Of a DNA stretch of 64,000 nt, positions 9,947-19,914 are shown piece after piece (within the stretch, counting starts at the first letter, position 1; each line of letters opens with the position of its first letter). This DNA is from an uncultured Gemmatimonadales bacterium (GTDB lineage Bacteria > Gemmatimonadota > Gemmatimonadetes > Longimicrobiales > Gaopeijiaceae). Location: contig CAWELD010000010.1 in NCBI GenBank assembly GCA_963809895.1, positions 320,001 through 384,000 on the forward strand, in the 5' to 3' direction. The notes under the pieces are model-generated. The model was not told the origin of the DNA. It searched no databases and saw nothing but the letters and a program-made list of their open reading frames with translations. The translations under genes were made by a program, and so were the position numbers.

Positions 9947-11107
9947 ATGTCCACTGGTCGTGAAGGATCGGTCACCGTGGACCCTGATTTTCTGGTGCAC
10001 ACGGTCTCGGACCTGGTGCGCATTCCGTCGGTGAACCCGGCGTTCGCTGCCGACAGCGCAGGGGAGTCGGCAGTGGCCGACTACGTGGAGAATCTGTTCC
10101 GGGACCTCGGACTTGAGACGGTGAGGCTCGAGGCGACGGCTGGAAGGCCCAGCGTGGTGGGGACTCTGCGAGGCGGAGGGGGACGGTCGCTCATGTTGAA
10201 TGCCCACTACGACACGGTGGGTGTGGAGGGCATGGAGCGGCCTTTCTCCGGCGAGGTTGAAGACGGCCGGGTCTGGGGCCGTGGCTCGTACGACATGAAA
10301 GGTGCGCTGGCGGCATGTATTTCCGTGATGCGCGCACTCGTGGAGCGGGCCGTCTCCCTCCCCGGGGATGTGCACGTCGCCGCAGTAGCGGACGAGGAGA
10401 CGGAGAGTCTCGGAACGCGTGAGGTGCTGGCGGCCTTCAGGCCCGATCAAGCAGTGGTGGTGGAGCCGACCGGGTTGGGTATCTGTCCGGCCCATAAGGG
10501 GTTCGTCTGGATTGACGTCACGACCCGGGGACGCGCGGCTCACGGTAGTCGACCGGACGAGGGGCGCGACGCAAACCTCGCCATGGTCCTCGCCCTCAGC
10601 GGATTCACCTCCTATGCAGACTCGTTGTGGGCCAGGACAGGCCATCCCCTCCTGGGTCCCCCCTCGGTGCACCTGGGGCGCTTGGAAGGGGGGGAGGGTG
10701 CGAGCACGTACGCGGCGGCGTGCCGTGCTACCGTAGAGCGGAGAACCCTACCGGGTGAGACCCCGGAGGAGGTGCTCGCCGAGTTGAGGACAGTGGTGGG
10801 GACCGCCGCAGACGTACGCGTCACACTGGCTCGAGATCCGTTCGAAGGGTCCTCCCACAGCCCTCTCGTACGAGCACTGCAGGTCGCAAGCGAGAGGGTG
10901 TCAGGAGAAGCCGCCCCACTGGTGGGCACCGGCCCCTGGACGGACGCTGCGTTATTCGCGCAGGCCGGGATCGACACGGTGGTGTTCGGACCGTCGGGGG
11001 GCGGTGCCCACGCCCCGACCGAGTGGGTGGAGATAGACTCCCTGGTAACGCTTGCCCGAGTCCTGGTGGACGTGTGCACGGGACCAATGGAGCCCCAAGC
11101 GACATGA
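9947..11107 (+). CDS. M20 family amidohydrolase (ArgE/DapE-like)
   Basis: LNAHYDTV, GRGSYDMKG, ADEE, GRAAHGS, AHAPTEW. Confidence 0.9.
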   Translation: MSTGREGSVTVDPDFLVHTVSDLVRIPSVNPAFAADSAGESAVADYVENLFRDLGLETVRLEATAGRPSVVGTLRGGGGRSLMLNAHYDTVGVEGMERPFSGEVEDGRVWGRGSYDMKGALAACISVMRALVERAVSLPGDVHVAAVADEETESLGTREVLAAFRPDQAVVVEPTGLGICPAHKGFVWIDVTTRGRAAHGSRPDEGRDANLAMVLALSGFTSYADSLWARTGHPLLGPPSVHLGRLEGGEGASTYAAACRATVERRTLPGETPEEVLAELRTVVGTAADVRVTLARDPFEGSSHSPLVRALQVASERVSGEAAPLVGTGPWTDAALFAQAGIDTVVFGPSGGGAHAPTEWVEIDSLVTLARVLVDVCTGPMEPQAT

Positions 11108-11114
11108 CCCAGGC

Positions 11115-11636
11115 ATGACCGGCGAAGCTGAGCTGGTTCGATCGTTGCGCGCAGGGAGCCGAGAGGCCTTCCGTGAGTTCGTACAGGTTCATCAAGAACA
11201 TGTCTTCGCTCTCGCCCTACGGCTCACGGGAGATGAGCACGATGCCATGGATCTGACGCAGGAGACCTTCATCAAGGCGTGGTTGGCCGTGTCGCGTTTT
11301 CGGGGCGAGTCGCGTCTCAGCACGTGGGTGCACGGGATCGTGGTCCGCTTGGCGCGTCAGCAGTGGCGGACGCGGAAGCGGCGCGATGCGAGGGAACGAC
11401 GATGGGCGAGAGAGCGTTACCAGGATGCTCTCCGCGAGGCCATGCCGGAAGCATCCATCGACCTGGAATGTGCGATCGCGGAGTTGTCGCCGCGGATGCG
11501 GATGGCGTTGGTTCTTCATTGCATCGAGGGACTCCCGCAGAAAGAAGTCGCCCGCCTCATGGGTGTCGCGGAGGGCACCGTCAAGGCGCACATCCACAGC
11601 GCCCGCCGGGCGCTTCAGGAGAAGCTTGGACCATGA
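11115..11636 (+). CDS. ECF RNA polymerase sigma factor
   Basis: DAMDLTQETFIKAW, FRGESRLSTW, GTVKAHIHSARRAL. Confidence 0.9.
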   Translation: MTGEAELVRSLRAGSREAFREFVQVHQEHVFALALRLTGDEHDAMDLTQETFIKAWLAVSRFRGESRLSTWVHGIVVRLARQQWRTRKRRDARERRWARERYQDALREAMPEASIDLECAIAELSPRMRMALVLHCIEGLPQKEVARLMGVAEGTVKAHIHSARRALQEKLGP

Positions 11637-12151
11637 ACATTGACGAGATCGATGCGGCTCTCGGAGCCGCGCCACGACGGGCACGACTTCCTGAAGACCC
11701 CTGGCCCCCAATCGAGGCAAGAATGATCGAGCGGGTCCGACTCCGACGGACCGGCCTCCTTTCGGCGGCGGCCGTGGTGCTGTTTCTGGCTGGAGCGGCG
11801 GTGGGCTATGGCGCGGCGCGGCAGCGCGCACCTCTTGCGCCGGCCGCTGAGTTTCGTCCGGCGTCGTCGGCGTTTCTCGCCGCCACGCAAGTCCAGGCGG
11901 CAGGCTCGGCATACCTGGCTGCAGTGGGTGCCCTCCAGCGTGCTGAACTGGATACCTCGCTCCGGGATCAGGCGGCTCTCAGCCAGGGCTATGAGAACGC
12001 GCTCGCGGTCCTGCAAACCCTGGCCGAGACCGTCGAAGGTTCGCCCCTCGGTGGTAGCGCGGCGGAATCGTTGGTGTCAGAAGCGACGCGGCTCCGGCGC
12101 GCGGCAGGTGTTCAGGTCGTGCCATTCCCCGGCGGGGGAGGTGTACCATGA
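11633..12151 (+). CDS. Putative anti-sigma factor (single TM)
   Basis: ATGA-coupled to the sigma gene; DPWPPIEARM followed by a TM helix. Confidence 0.55.
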   Translation: MNIDEIDAALGAAPRRARLPEDPWPPIEARMIERVRLRRTGLLSAAAVVLFLAGAAVGYGAARQRAPLAPAAEFRPASSAFLAATQVQAAGSAYLAAVGALQRAELDTSLRDQAALSQGYENALAVLQTLAETVEGSPLGGSAAESLVSEATRLRRAAGVQVVPFPGGGGVP

Positions 12152-12639
12152 GGGCCCGCCGCAGACGTTGGGCTCCGGCCGTCGCGTTGTTCTTCGCTCT
12201 GGGGCCCGCCACTGCGGCGGCGCAGAGCGGTGAGACCTGTCCTGGAGGACGAGCGCCGGCAGGCGACCTGGGTGTGCGTGGATTGCGATGCATCGGTCCC
12301 AGTGCCGCGTGCACCATCTACCAGCGAGGGGACGGGGGAGCTCTGGAGCACGTGTTCGCCGTGGAGCCGATCGTCGATGCCATCGCATCCCCGTCCAACG
12401 ATCGAGCCGGCCTCCAGGTAGGGGACATTCTCGTTGCCCTGGATGGACGCCTCATTACGACCCTGGAAGGGGGCAGGTACCTGGCCAATCTACCTTCCGA
12501 CAGTCTGGTGAAGGTCGTAGTGCGGCGACACGGACGACTGGTGGAGTTGTCCATCCGTACGGTGGAGGGTTGTGGCGTACGCTCCCTCTCGGTGACATCG
12601 TCCCCGCGGGATCGAAGTCGGAGTTCAACCAATCGATGA
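12148..12639 (+). CDS. Secreted PDZ-domain protein
   Basis: Signal peptide; AGLQVGDILVALDG. Confidence 0.75.
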   Translation: MRARRRRWAPAVALFFALGPATAAAQSGETCPGGRAPAGDLGVRGLRCIGPSAACTIYQRGDGGALEHVFAVEPIVDAIASPSNDRAGLQVGDILVALDGRLITTLEGGRYLANLPSDSLVKVVVRRHGRLVELSIRTVEGCGVRSLSVTSSPRDRSRSSTNR

Positions 12640-13719
12640 AGGGGCACTTCGTCTTCTGGAAAAGAGTAGATGCGAGACGGGAAGGAGCCGTCGAGGCGGA
12701 CGACTCCGAGGCGCGCAGGGCCCACGCGTTCTTGCGTTCACTCCAGGGCTATGAGGTGACCCCTCTTCTGCGGCACTCCGGATTGGCCGCCGCGCTTGAC
12801 GTAGCCGAGGTGCTGTGGAAGGACGAGGGGCGTCGCTGGCGGGTCGGCAGCTTCAAGGCATTGGGAGCTGCGTATGCCACTTCGCGGCTGGTACGCGATG
12901 GGTCGAGCGCCTCCCGAACCGTCTGTTGTGCGACGGATGGAAATCACGGTCGCGCCGTGGCGTGGGCGGCGAGACGCCTCGGGTACCACGCGATGGTGTA
13001 CTTGCCGGAGCATGCGACCGCCGCCCGTGAACGCCGCATCCGAGCATTCGGTGCGACCGTGGTCCGTGTGCCCGGGACCTACGACGATGCGGTCAGCGAG
13101 GCATCAAGAGCGGCGGCCGAGCACGACTGGGTGCTCGTGTCCGATACGGCCGGCGATGCAACGGACTCGCGCGGCAGCCTGGTGATCGCCGCGTACACAC
13201 TCATCGTTCAGGAAATCGCGGATACGCTCCAGCGATTCCCCCAACCCACCCACGTCTTCGTACAGGCTGGGGTGGGTGGGCTCGCCGCGGCAATGACGTG
13301 GTGGTGTCGCCAGGTGTGGCCCGATGTTCCTCCGACGATTGTCGTCGTGGAGCCCCTCCAGGCAGCCTGCGTCGGCGTCAGCCTCGCGAAGGGGAGACCC
13401 ATGCCGGTTGAAGGACCCTTGCAAACGGTGGCCGATTGTCTATCGGCCGGAAAGGTCTCAGAGCGTGGCATGGCCGATCCTCCGAAGCGGGGTGGACGCG
13501 GTGGTAGCCGTCGCCGACGATGAGATTCTTCGTACTGTCCAGCTCGCTTCGGCGGGGGCATTTGGGTTTCCGCTGATCGAGGCAGGCCCCTCCGGTCTCA
13601 CGGGTTTGACGGGTGCGCTGGTCGTGTGCGAATCCGAGGACCTGCGCGGAGAATGTGGTATCACCTCGACGAGTCGTATCCTCCTGGTCGGTACGGAGGA
13701 GCCGATTGAGGACGCGTGA
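12636..13719 (+). CDS. Diaminopropionate ammonia-lyase-like PLP enzyme (frameshift near 13460)
   Basis: KDE...SFKALG, ATDGNHGRAVAW, THVFVQAGVGGLAA. Confidence 0.8.
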
Positions 13720-13726
13720 AGGACGC

Positions 13727-14998
13727 CTATGCCCCCTGCACGCGGAGCTCCTTCGCGCGGTCCAGGAGAAGTGTTCGCTCCTGCGCGTTCCTGGTCAGTG
13801 ACGCGGCGCGTTCCAGCTCGGTCCGAGCCTCGCCATGACGGCCGAGCCTGGACAGAAACTCGGCGCGGGCGCTCGGGAGCCAGGGATAGCGTTCGAGCGC
13901 CGGCTCCCGGGCGAGCTTCTCGACCAGCTCGAGACCCGCCTCGGGGCCGTACGCCATCCCGACAGCCACCGCCCGGTTCAACTCCACGACCGGTGAGGGT
14001 GATACCTGCACGAGCGCATCGTAGAGCGCGGCGATCCGCTCCCAGTCCGTGTCCTCGGAATTGCGCGCGGTGGCGTGGCACGCCGCGATGGCCCCCTGAA
14101 GCCAATAGGGACCCAGCGGCCGCCCCAGTGCCGCCGCGCGATCCAGGGCGGCGAGCCCCCGGCGGATGAGGAGGTGGTCCCAGCGAGACCGGTCCTGGTC
14201 CATGAGCAGGATCGGCTCGCCTCGCGACCCGCGACGCGCGCGGAGCCGTGATGCCTGGATCTCCATGACCGCAACCAATCCGTGCACCTCGGGCTCCCGT
14301 GGTGCCAGCTCCGCCAGGACGCGCCCCAGGCGGAGCGCTTCCTCGCAGAGCTCCGGACGCAGCCATGCATCGCCCTCCGTGGCGGCGTAGCCCTCGTTGA
14401 ATACGAGGTAGATGACCGCGAGCACCGCCTCGATGCGCTCTCCCACCTCTTCGGGAGGTGGCATCTCGAAAGGCACGTGCGCCTCGCGGAGTGTGCGCTT
14501 GGCGCGCACGATACGCTGCTGGACCGTGGAGACCGACACCAGGAAGGCACGGGCGATCTCCGCGCTCGTGAGTCCGCCGAGCACGCGTAGCGTGAGAGCC
14601 ACCTGCGCTTCCTGGGTCAGCACGGGGTGGCATGTGGTGAAGATCAGGCGGAGCAGGTCATCGCCGATGAAGTCATCGATCGCCGCGTGCAACTCGCCCT
14701 CGGGATCGCGTTCCTCCGTCCCGAGGCGACGCACCAGATCGTCGTGGCGGCGGTCGAGCATCTCGGTGCGGCGGAAGTGGTCCAGGGCGCGGTGCTTCGC
14801 GGTGGCCATCAGCCAGGCGCCCGGGTTCTCCGGGACGCCGGCCTCCGGCCACTTCTCGAGCGCGACGACCAGCGCGTCCTGGGCCAGATCCTCGGCCATG
14901 CCGAGATCGCCCATCATGCGCGTGAGGGCGGCGATGAGCCGGGGCGATTCGATCCGCCAGACCGCGTCGATCGCCTCGCGTGCGGCGGCTCCGCTCAT
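13727..14998 (-). CDS. ECF42-type sigma factor with C-terminal extension (DUF6596/TPR)
   Basis: DDLLRLIFTTCHP, YLVFNEGY, SPVVELNRAVA; coupled to a DGPF gene. Confidence 0.9.
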   Translation of the reverse strand: MSGAAAREAIDAVWRIESPRLIAALTRMMGDLGMAEDLAQDALVVALEKWPEAGVPENPGAWLMATAKHRALDHFRRTEMLDRRHDDLVRRLGTEERDPEGELHAAIDDFIGDDLLRLIFTTCHPVLTQEAQVALTLRVLGGLTSAEIARAFLVSVSTVQQRIVRAKRTLREAHVPFEMPPPEEVGERIEAVLAVIYLVFNEGYAATEGDAWLRPELCEEALRLGRVLAELAPREPEVHGLVAVMEIQASRLRARRGSRGEPILLMDQDRSRWDHLLIRRGLAALDRAAALGRPLGPYWLQGAIAACHATARNSEDTDWERIAALYDALVQVSPSPVVELNRAVAVGMAYGPEAGLELVEKLAREPALERYPWLPSARAEFLSRLGRHGEARTELERAASLTRNAQERTLLLDRAKELRVQGA

Positions 14999-15426
14999 CC
15001 ACCCTTTCTCGCGTTTTCGGCCTCCCGAGCCCGCAGGCGCTCCTCCTGTTCCCTCAGCTCGGGAGTGAATTCGTCACCGAAGTCTTCAGATTCGAAGACC
15101 CTCCGCATCTCCACCTCGGTGCCTCCGTCGAATGGAGCGCGCTTCAGCCATTCCACGGCCTCATGCATCGAGCGGACCTGCCAGACCCAGAAGCCAGCGA
15201 TCAACTCCTTCGTTTCGGTGAAGGGGCCGTCGATGACGGTCCTCTTCTTGCCCTCGAAGCGGATGCGCTTGCCCTCCGAGCTCGGCGCGAGTCCGTCTCC
15301 GGCCAGCATCACGCCCGCATTGACCAGTTCCTCGTTGTACTGGCCCATTGCCGTGAGGAGCTCCGTGCTCGGCATGATCCCGGCTTCGGACTCCTCGCTT
15401 GCCTTCACGATCACCATGACACGCAT
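14995..15426 (-). CDS. YciI/DGPF family protein
   Basis: DGPFTETKELIAGFW. Confidence 0.9.
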   Translation of the reverse strand: MRVMVIVKASEESEAGIMPSTELLTAMGQYNEELVNAGVMLAGDGLAPSSEGKRIRFEGKKRTVIDGPFTETKELIAGFWVWQVRSMHEAVEWLKRAPFDGGTEVEMRRVFESEDFGDEFTPELREQEERLRAREAENARKGG

Positions 15427-15487
15427 TGTCACCTCTCCTTACGTGGGGTCCCGCTAGCGCCGGCGAGTTCCGGACGCCCTCTACCCT

Positions 15488-15517
15488 TGCGTCGAGCGAA
15501 GGATCACGAGATCGACA
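15488..15517 (-). promoter_or_regulatory. ECF42-type promoter
   Basis: TGTCGAT-N11-TCGCTCGACGCA; same motif at 18794 and 19395. Confidence 0.75.
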
Positions 15518-16019
15518 TCGCCCGGATACGCCCGTAGTGCCGTCCGGCGACGATGGTGAGCGGGAGGCCGATGGCGACCCACAAGATGACCGTTGCGACT
15601 GCAAAGGACTGAAGGTCGAACGGACCCTGCCGCACATGGCTCAACGGGAACACGACGAACCTCATCACCACCGACACGAAGGTGCCGAAGACAACGGCGT
15701 TGAGGACGTGGCTCCGTCGAGCGAAGGCGATCCGCGGGTAGATCAGGAAGAAGCAGAGCGTCCAGATCAGCGCGATGACGTAGTGGCACAGAAGACCCAC
15801 TCCAGCCCAGAAAAGTCCCCCTTGCGTGGCGGTGTCGCCGACCAGCCCGCTGGCAATTCCGCGGAGAATGGCGAGCGGCTCGGCCCCGGCGGTGAGTGGG
15901 TAGTAGGTGAGCGCGATGCCGATGTCGAGGGTGCCGGCGACCGCCCAAGCCACCACGATTGCCCGGATCAACCCGGGGCGGCTCGCGGGCATTCCGCGCA
16001 TCTCTGCCGATGGGACCAT
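15504..16019 (-). CDS. Hypothetical membrane protein
   Basis: AGTLDI...IASGL...GLLCHYVIA; four TM segments. Confidence 0.65.
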   Translation of the reverse strand: MVPSAEMRGMPASRPGLIRAIVVAWAVAGTLDIGIALTYYPLTAGAEPLAILRGIASGLVGDTATQGGLFWAGVGLLCHYVIALIWTLCFFLIYPRIAFARRSHVLNAVVFGTFVSVVMRFVVFPLSHVRQGPFDLQSFAVATVILWVAIGLPLTIVAGRHYGRIRAMSIS

Positions 16020-16163
16020 TGTGGGCTCCTTCCGCTTCTTCTCTCTCGCGATCCAGCCTTCTGCGGTCGCGTGACGGATCCCGACAGTGTCGTGGTCCGA
16101 TCCCACCGTGAGCCAGGTCCAATCCGGGCAGATCGAAATGGAGCCACTGCTCCGACGTCGCCG

Positions 16164-17588
16164 CTACGACTCGAGGATGCACGCCAACACGCGGTCCAGG
16201 CCCTCTCCGATTCGATCCGTCTCGATGCCACCGTAACCGAACGTCAACCCACGGTGAGCCGTCGTCCCCGAGGAAAACGCGGACACGGCCTGGAGGGCAA
16301 CGCCACGAGACAGCGCGCGCCGGACGACGGCGATGTCGTCCACGTTGGCTCCGGCGGGGAAGGTGGCGGAGAGGTGGAGGCCTCCGACCGTGGGAATCGG
16401 TTCCAGGTGCGGGCCGAACGTGTGCGCGAGATGCTCGACGATGCGATCGTGCCGTTGCGCGTACAGGCGCCGCATTCGCCGGATGTGACGTGACAAGAGA
16501 CCGTCCTCGATGAACGCGGCGAGGGCCGCCTGTTCCGGCACCGCCGTATGCCAATCGAGAGCGGATTTGGCTCTTGCCACGGCGCCGTGCAGGGCGTGTG
16601 GAGCAATGAGGAAGCCCAGGCGGAGCGTCGGGAGCATGACCTTCGAAAACGTGCTGACGTAGAGGACCCGTCCGCTCGCGTCCAGGTTGTGGACCGGCTC
16701 CAGCGGACGCCCGCCGTACCGGAACTCACTGTCGTAATCGTCCTCGATGATGGCGGCGTCGTTGAGATCGGCCCAGTGGAGGAGCTCCTGCCGTCTCTCC
16801 ATGGACATGGTCGCGCCCAGAGGGAACTGGTGAGAAGGAGTGACAAGCACCAGCCGAGCGGCTGGCGGGATCGCGTCGACGACGATCCCCTCACGATCCA
16901 CGGGTACCGGCGCGACCTTACAGCCGTGAGCGGCGAAGATGCGCCGATGGGGTGGGTAGCCCGGGTCTTCCACCGCCACGGTCTCCCCGGCGGCGACCAT
17001 GACTCGAGTGGCGATGTCCACGGCCTGCTGGCTGCCACTGGTCACGAAGACGTCTTGCGGGGTGACACGCAAGCCGCGCGAGATGGCGACGTGTCGGGCG
17101 ATGGCCTGGCGCAGAGCGGGCACCCCGGCGGGCCCGATGTGGCTTGCCTTACCCACGCGCCGTGGCCGCAAATGCCGGGAGATGCGAGCCCGCCAGGCAG
17201 GAAACGGGAAGCGACGGCTGTCCGGGATGCCCATTCGGAAGTCGTACTCCGCCTCGACCGTCGACATGTCCACCGGTTCGGGCATGTCCGTCCAGATGGC
17301 GCGCGGCCTGAGGGCCGAGGGCGGTGGCGCTGCCGGGTCCACCGGTCTGATTCCCTCGCGCACGAACGTCCCCGCGCCGACCCGTGACGTGAGGAATCCC
17401 TCGGCGCAAAGGCGGTCGTAGGCGATGGCGACCGTGTTCCGCGAGACCTCCAGGCGACGAGAGAGCGTGCGGGTGGATGGCAGAGCGTCTCCTGGCCGGA
17501 GACGTCCTTCCATCACCCCATTTCTGATCTGCCGGTAGATCTGCTCCGTGAGGCCCTGGTGCGCGTTCAAGCTGATGTGGAGATCCAT
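16164..17588 (-). CDS. MocR/PdxR-like GntR regulator with PLP aminotransferase-like domain
   Basis: LPSTRTLS...VSRNTV HTH; TPSHQFPLG, IIEDDYDSEF, TFSK. Confidence 0.92.
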   Translation of the reverse strand: MDLHISLNAHQGLTEQIYRQIRNGVMEGRLRPGDALPSTRTLSRRLEVSRNTVAIAYDRLCAEGFLTSRVGAGTFVREGIRPVDPAAPPPSALRPRAIWTDMPEPVDMSTVEAEYDFRMGIPDSRRFPFPAWRARISRHLRPRRVGKASHIGPAGVPALRQAIARHVAISRGLRVTPQDVFVTSGSQQAVDIATRVMVAAGETVAVEDPGYPPHRRIFAAHGCKVAPVPVDREGIVVDAIPPAARLVLVTPSHQFPLGATMSMERRQELLHWADLNDAAIIEDDYDSEFRYGGRPLEPVHNLDASGRVLYVSTFSKVMLPTLRLGFLIAPHALHGAVARAKSALDWHTAVPEQAALAAFIEDGLLSRHIRRMRRLYAQRHDRIVEHLAHTFGPHLEPIPTVGGLHLSATFPAGANVDDIAVVRRALSRGVALQAVSAFSSGTTAHRGLTFGYGGIETDRIGEGLDRVLACILES

Positions 17589-17610
17589 CGCATGTCTCTA
17601 CAGGCTCCGT

Positions 17611-18174
17611 TTATCCCCCGGTTCCCGGCTCGCGTCGCGCGATGAGGGCCCCCAGCCAGGCTCCGGCGGCGCCCGCGATGCAGAGCACGGCGACGGACCC
17701 GACCCAGCCCGGCTTGTCCGTCATGATCCACAAGATGGCCAGCGCCATGCCGTTTGCGGCGGAGGTGGCCACCCACGGGGTGGACTCGGAGAGGGTCGTA
17801 CGAAGGGGGCTCGGGAGCCGGCCGTCGCCCACCGTCTGCAGCTCGGCGCCCACGCGTCCGAGCCATCGTCCGGAGACGCCGCCGGTGAGGAACCCGATCA
17901 GCACGATGCCGAGCAGCCCCAACGTGGCGAACGGGGAAAACTCCCGCCACCGCAGGAAGGCCATCAGGAGTCCGGAGATCAGGAGAAACCCCAGGCCACC
18001 AATGTGCATGCGGCCGGTTGCGGCGAGCACGTCGAACCAGGGGCGGGCCTCCTCCACGGTGCTGGCGCTTCGCAGGGCCGGCATGGCCCGATGGTAGAGG
18101 ATGAATCCCCCGAAGAGGCCGATGAGGCCCAGGAAGTGGACGACGAGCGCGATGTGGTAGATCAGCACGGTCAC
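17611..18174 (-). CDS. Hypothetical membrane protein (DUF2269-like)
   Basis: LVVHFLG, LWIMTDKP; multiple TM segments. Confidence 0.6.
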   Translation of the reverse strand: MTVLIYHIALVVHFLGLIGLFGGFILYHRAMPALRSASTVEEARPWFDVLAATGRMHIGGLGFLLISGLLMAFLRWREFSPFATLGLLGIVLIGFLTGGVSGRWLGRVGAELQTVGDGRLPSPLRTTLSESTPWVATSAANGMALAILWIMTDKPGWVGSVAVLCIAGAAGAWLGALIARREPGTGG

Positions 18175-18178
18175 TACC

Positions 18179-18568
18179 CTACGATCCTTCGACGACCATC
18201 AGCGTGTTGCCCTCCGGGTCGCGGAACCAGAACATCGGCGGTACACCGTCACCGAAACGGCTCACCTCGGGATCGACGTCGGCGCCGCGCTCCTTCAACT
18301 GCGCGTGATAGGCAGTGATGTCGCCGGTTCGCAGGGTGATGCCTGTGTCCTTGCCGCCCGGGGTCACGCCTGGGCCGGGTGGGCAGATGGCGATCGGCGT
18401 CTCTGCGCCCGTGGGCGCAACTTCGATCCACCGGTTCCCGTCGCCGAATGGGATGTCGACACGCTTCTCGAGGCCGAGCGTCTCGGTGTAGAACCGGACC
18501 ATGCGGTCCTGCTCGCCGGTCGGAATGATCACGTTGGCCAGGCGGTCGATACTCGCGGCTGTGGCCAA
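18179..18568 (-). CDS. VOC/glyoxalase family protein
   Basis: FYTETLGL, WFRDPEGN; AGGAGG RBS before TTG start. Confidence 0.85.
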   Translation of the reverse strand: MATAASIDRLANVIIPTGEQDRMVRFYTETLGLEKRVDIPFGDGNRWIEVAPTGAETPIAICPPGPGVTPGGKDTGITLRTGDITAYHAQLKERGADVDPEVSRFGDGVPPMFWFRDPEGNTLMVVEGS

Positions 18569-18793
18569 GGGTCCTCCTGCAAGGCTGGGTGTTGTGGACG
18601 CCCGAAGGGCGAGGAAAACGTCCAAAGCTGCCAGGGTGGGTGGCGCCATGGAAGAGCCGATTTTGCCTGCATAGATGGGGGCCATTCGGGACGGCTCGGG
18701 GGGACATCCCCACCGACCTCGTGACCGCGCTTGGGACGAGCGCTATCGGTGGAGAGGCCCGAGCCCGGACCGAACGTGGACTGCCGTCGTGCG

Positions 18794-18823
18794 TGTCGAT
18801 TTCCGCGAGGCTCGATCGACGCA
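18794..18823 (+). promoter_or_regulatory. ECF42-type promoter
   Basis: TGTCGAT-N11-TCGATCGACGCA upstream of DoxX gene. Confidence 0.7.
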
Positions 18824-18874
18824 GGGGTAGGCCGGGGATAGTCCCGGGCCAATCCTCCTTCCGGAGATCGAACC

Positions 18875-19258
18875 ATGAAGCACCCCAGGACTTCCAACGT
18901 GGTCCTCTGGATCGTCCAGGTTCTCCTCGCAGCGCTCTTCCTGTTCGCGGGAGGGGTCAAGCTGGCCCTGCCGGCCGCCGAGCTGGCGAGCCAGACGGGC
19001 CTGCCGGCCCTGTTCATGCAGTTCATCGGCGTGGCCGAGATGGCCGGCGGTCTCGGCCTGCTCGTCCCTGGCCTGGTACGGATTCACAGGGAGTTCACAC
19101 CTGTTGCGGCATCGGGACTCCTCGTCATCATGGCCGGTGCCGTGGTGGTGACGGTCCTGCACGTGTCGCTGGGTGCCGCAGCGTTGCCCTTCGTGGTAGG
19201 TGTGTTGCTGGCGCTGGTCGTCCGCGGACGCCGGGGATGGGCCGTGTCCATCTCGTGA
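18875..19258 (+). CDS. DoxX family membrane protein
   Basis: LWIVQVLLAALFLFAGGVKL, FIGVAEMAGGLGL. Confidence 0.88.
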   Translation: MKHPRTSNVVLWIVQVLLAALFLFAGGVKLALPAAELASQTGLPALFMQFIGVAEMAGGLGLLVPGLVRIHREFTPVAASGLLVIMAGAVVVTVLHVSLGAAALPFVVGVLLALVVRGRRGWAVSIS

Positions 19259-19394
19259 CGTCATCATCGACGGGTGGATGGAAGCATCTCTTCGAACCTA
19301 TCCTTGGCTACCCTGCCCGATCGCACCTCGCCCCCGGGCGTCTGAACACGCGGCGCTGGTACGCTTCCTGCCGAGATGTGTGGGGTCAGGCCCG

Positions 19395-19424
19395 TGTCGA
19401 TCCGCGTGCAGCTCGCTCGACGCA
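19395..19424 (+). promoter_or_regulatory. ECF42-type promoter
   Basis: TGTCGAT-N11-TCGCTCGACGCA upstream of second DGPF gene. Confidence 0.75.
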
Positions 19425-19481
19425 TCAGCAGGGGAGTCCTTTCAAGCCCCGAGACCAGATACTCACACAGGGAGAGCGACC

Positions 19482-19850
19482 ATGAAGTTTCTGTCGATGA
19501 TCCGGATCGACGAGAACAGCGGGCAGGCGCCCAGCGAGCGGCTCCAGCAGGACATGGGCCGGCTCATCGAGGAGTGGACCCGTGAAGGTAAGCTCATCCG
19601 CACCGCCGGGCTCCGGCCCAGTTCCGAGGGCCTCCGCGTGCGCTCGCGCCACGGCGACGTGACGGTCACGGACGGCCCGTTCACCGAGAGCAAGGAGGTG
19701 ATCGGAGGCTATGCGGTCCTGCAGGCCGATTCGAGGGAGGAGGCGATCGAACTGATCAAGCGCTTCCTCGAGATCCACGGGGAGGAGTGGGACATCGAGT
19801 GCGAGGTGCGCCGGTTGGACGGCGACATGGAGTTCGGGGTCGAGGCCTGA
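19482..19850 (+). CDS. YciI/DGPF family protein
   Basis: DGPFTESKEVIGGY. Confidence 0.9.
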   Translation: MKFLSMIRIDENSGQAPSERLQQDMGRLIEEWTREGKLIRTAGLRPSSEGLRVRSRHGDVTVTDGPFTESKEVIGGYAVLQADSREEAIELIKRFLEIHGEEWDIECEVRRLDGDMEFGVEA

Positions 19851-19914
19851 CCATGTCCCCGAGGCCCCGGGAAAGGGGGTCCCTGACTGACTCACGTTCA
19901 AGAGGAGAACGACC

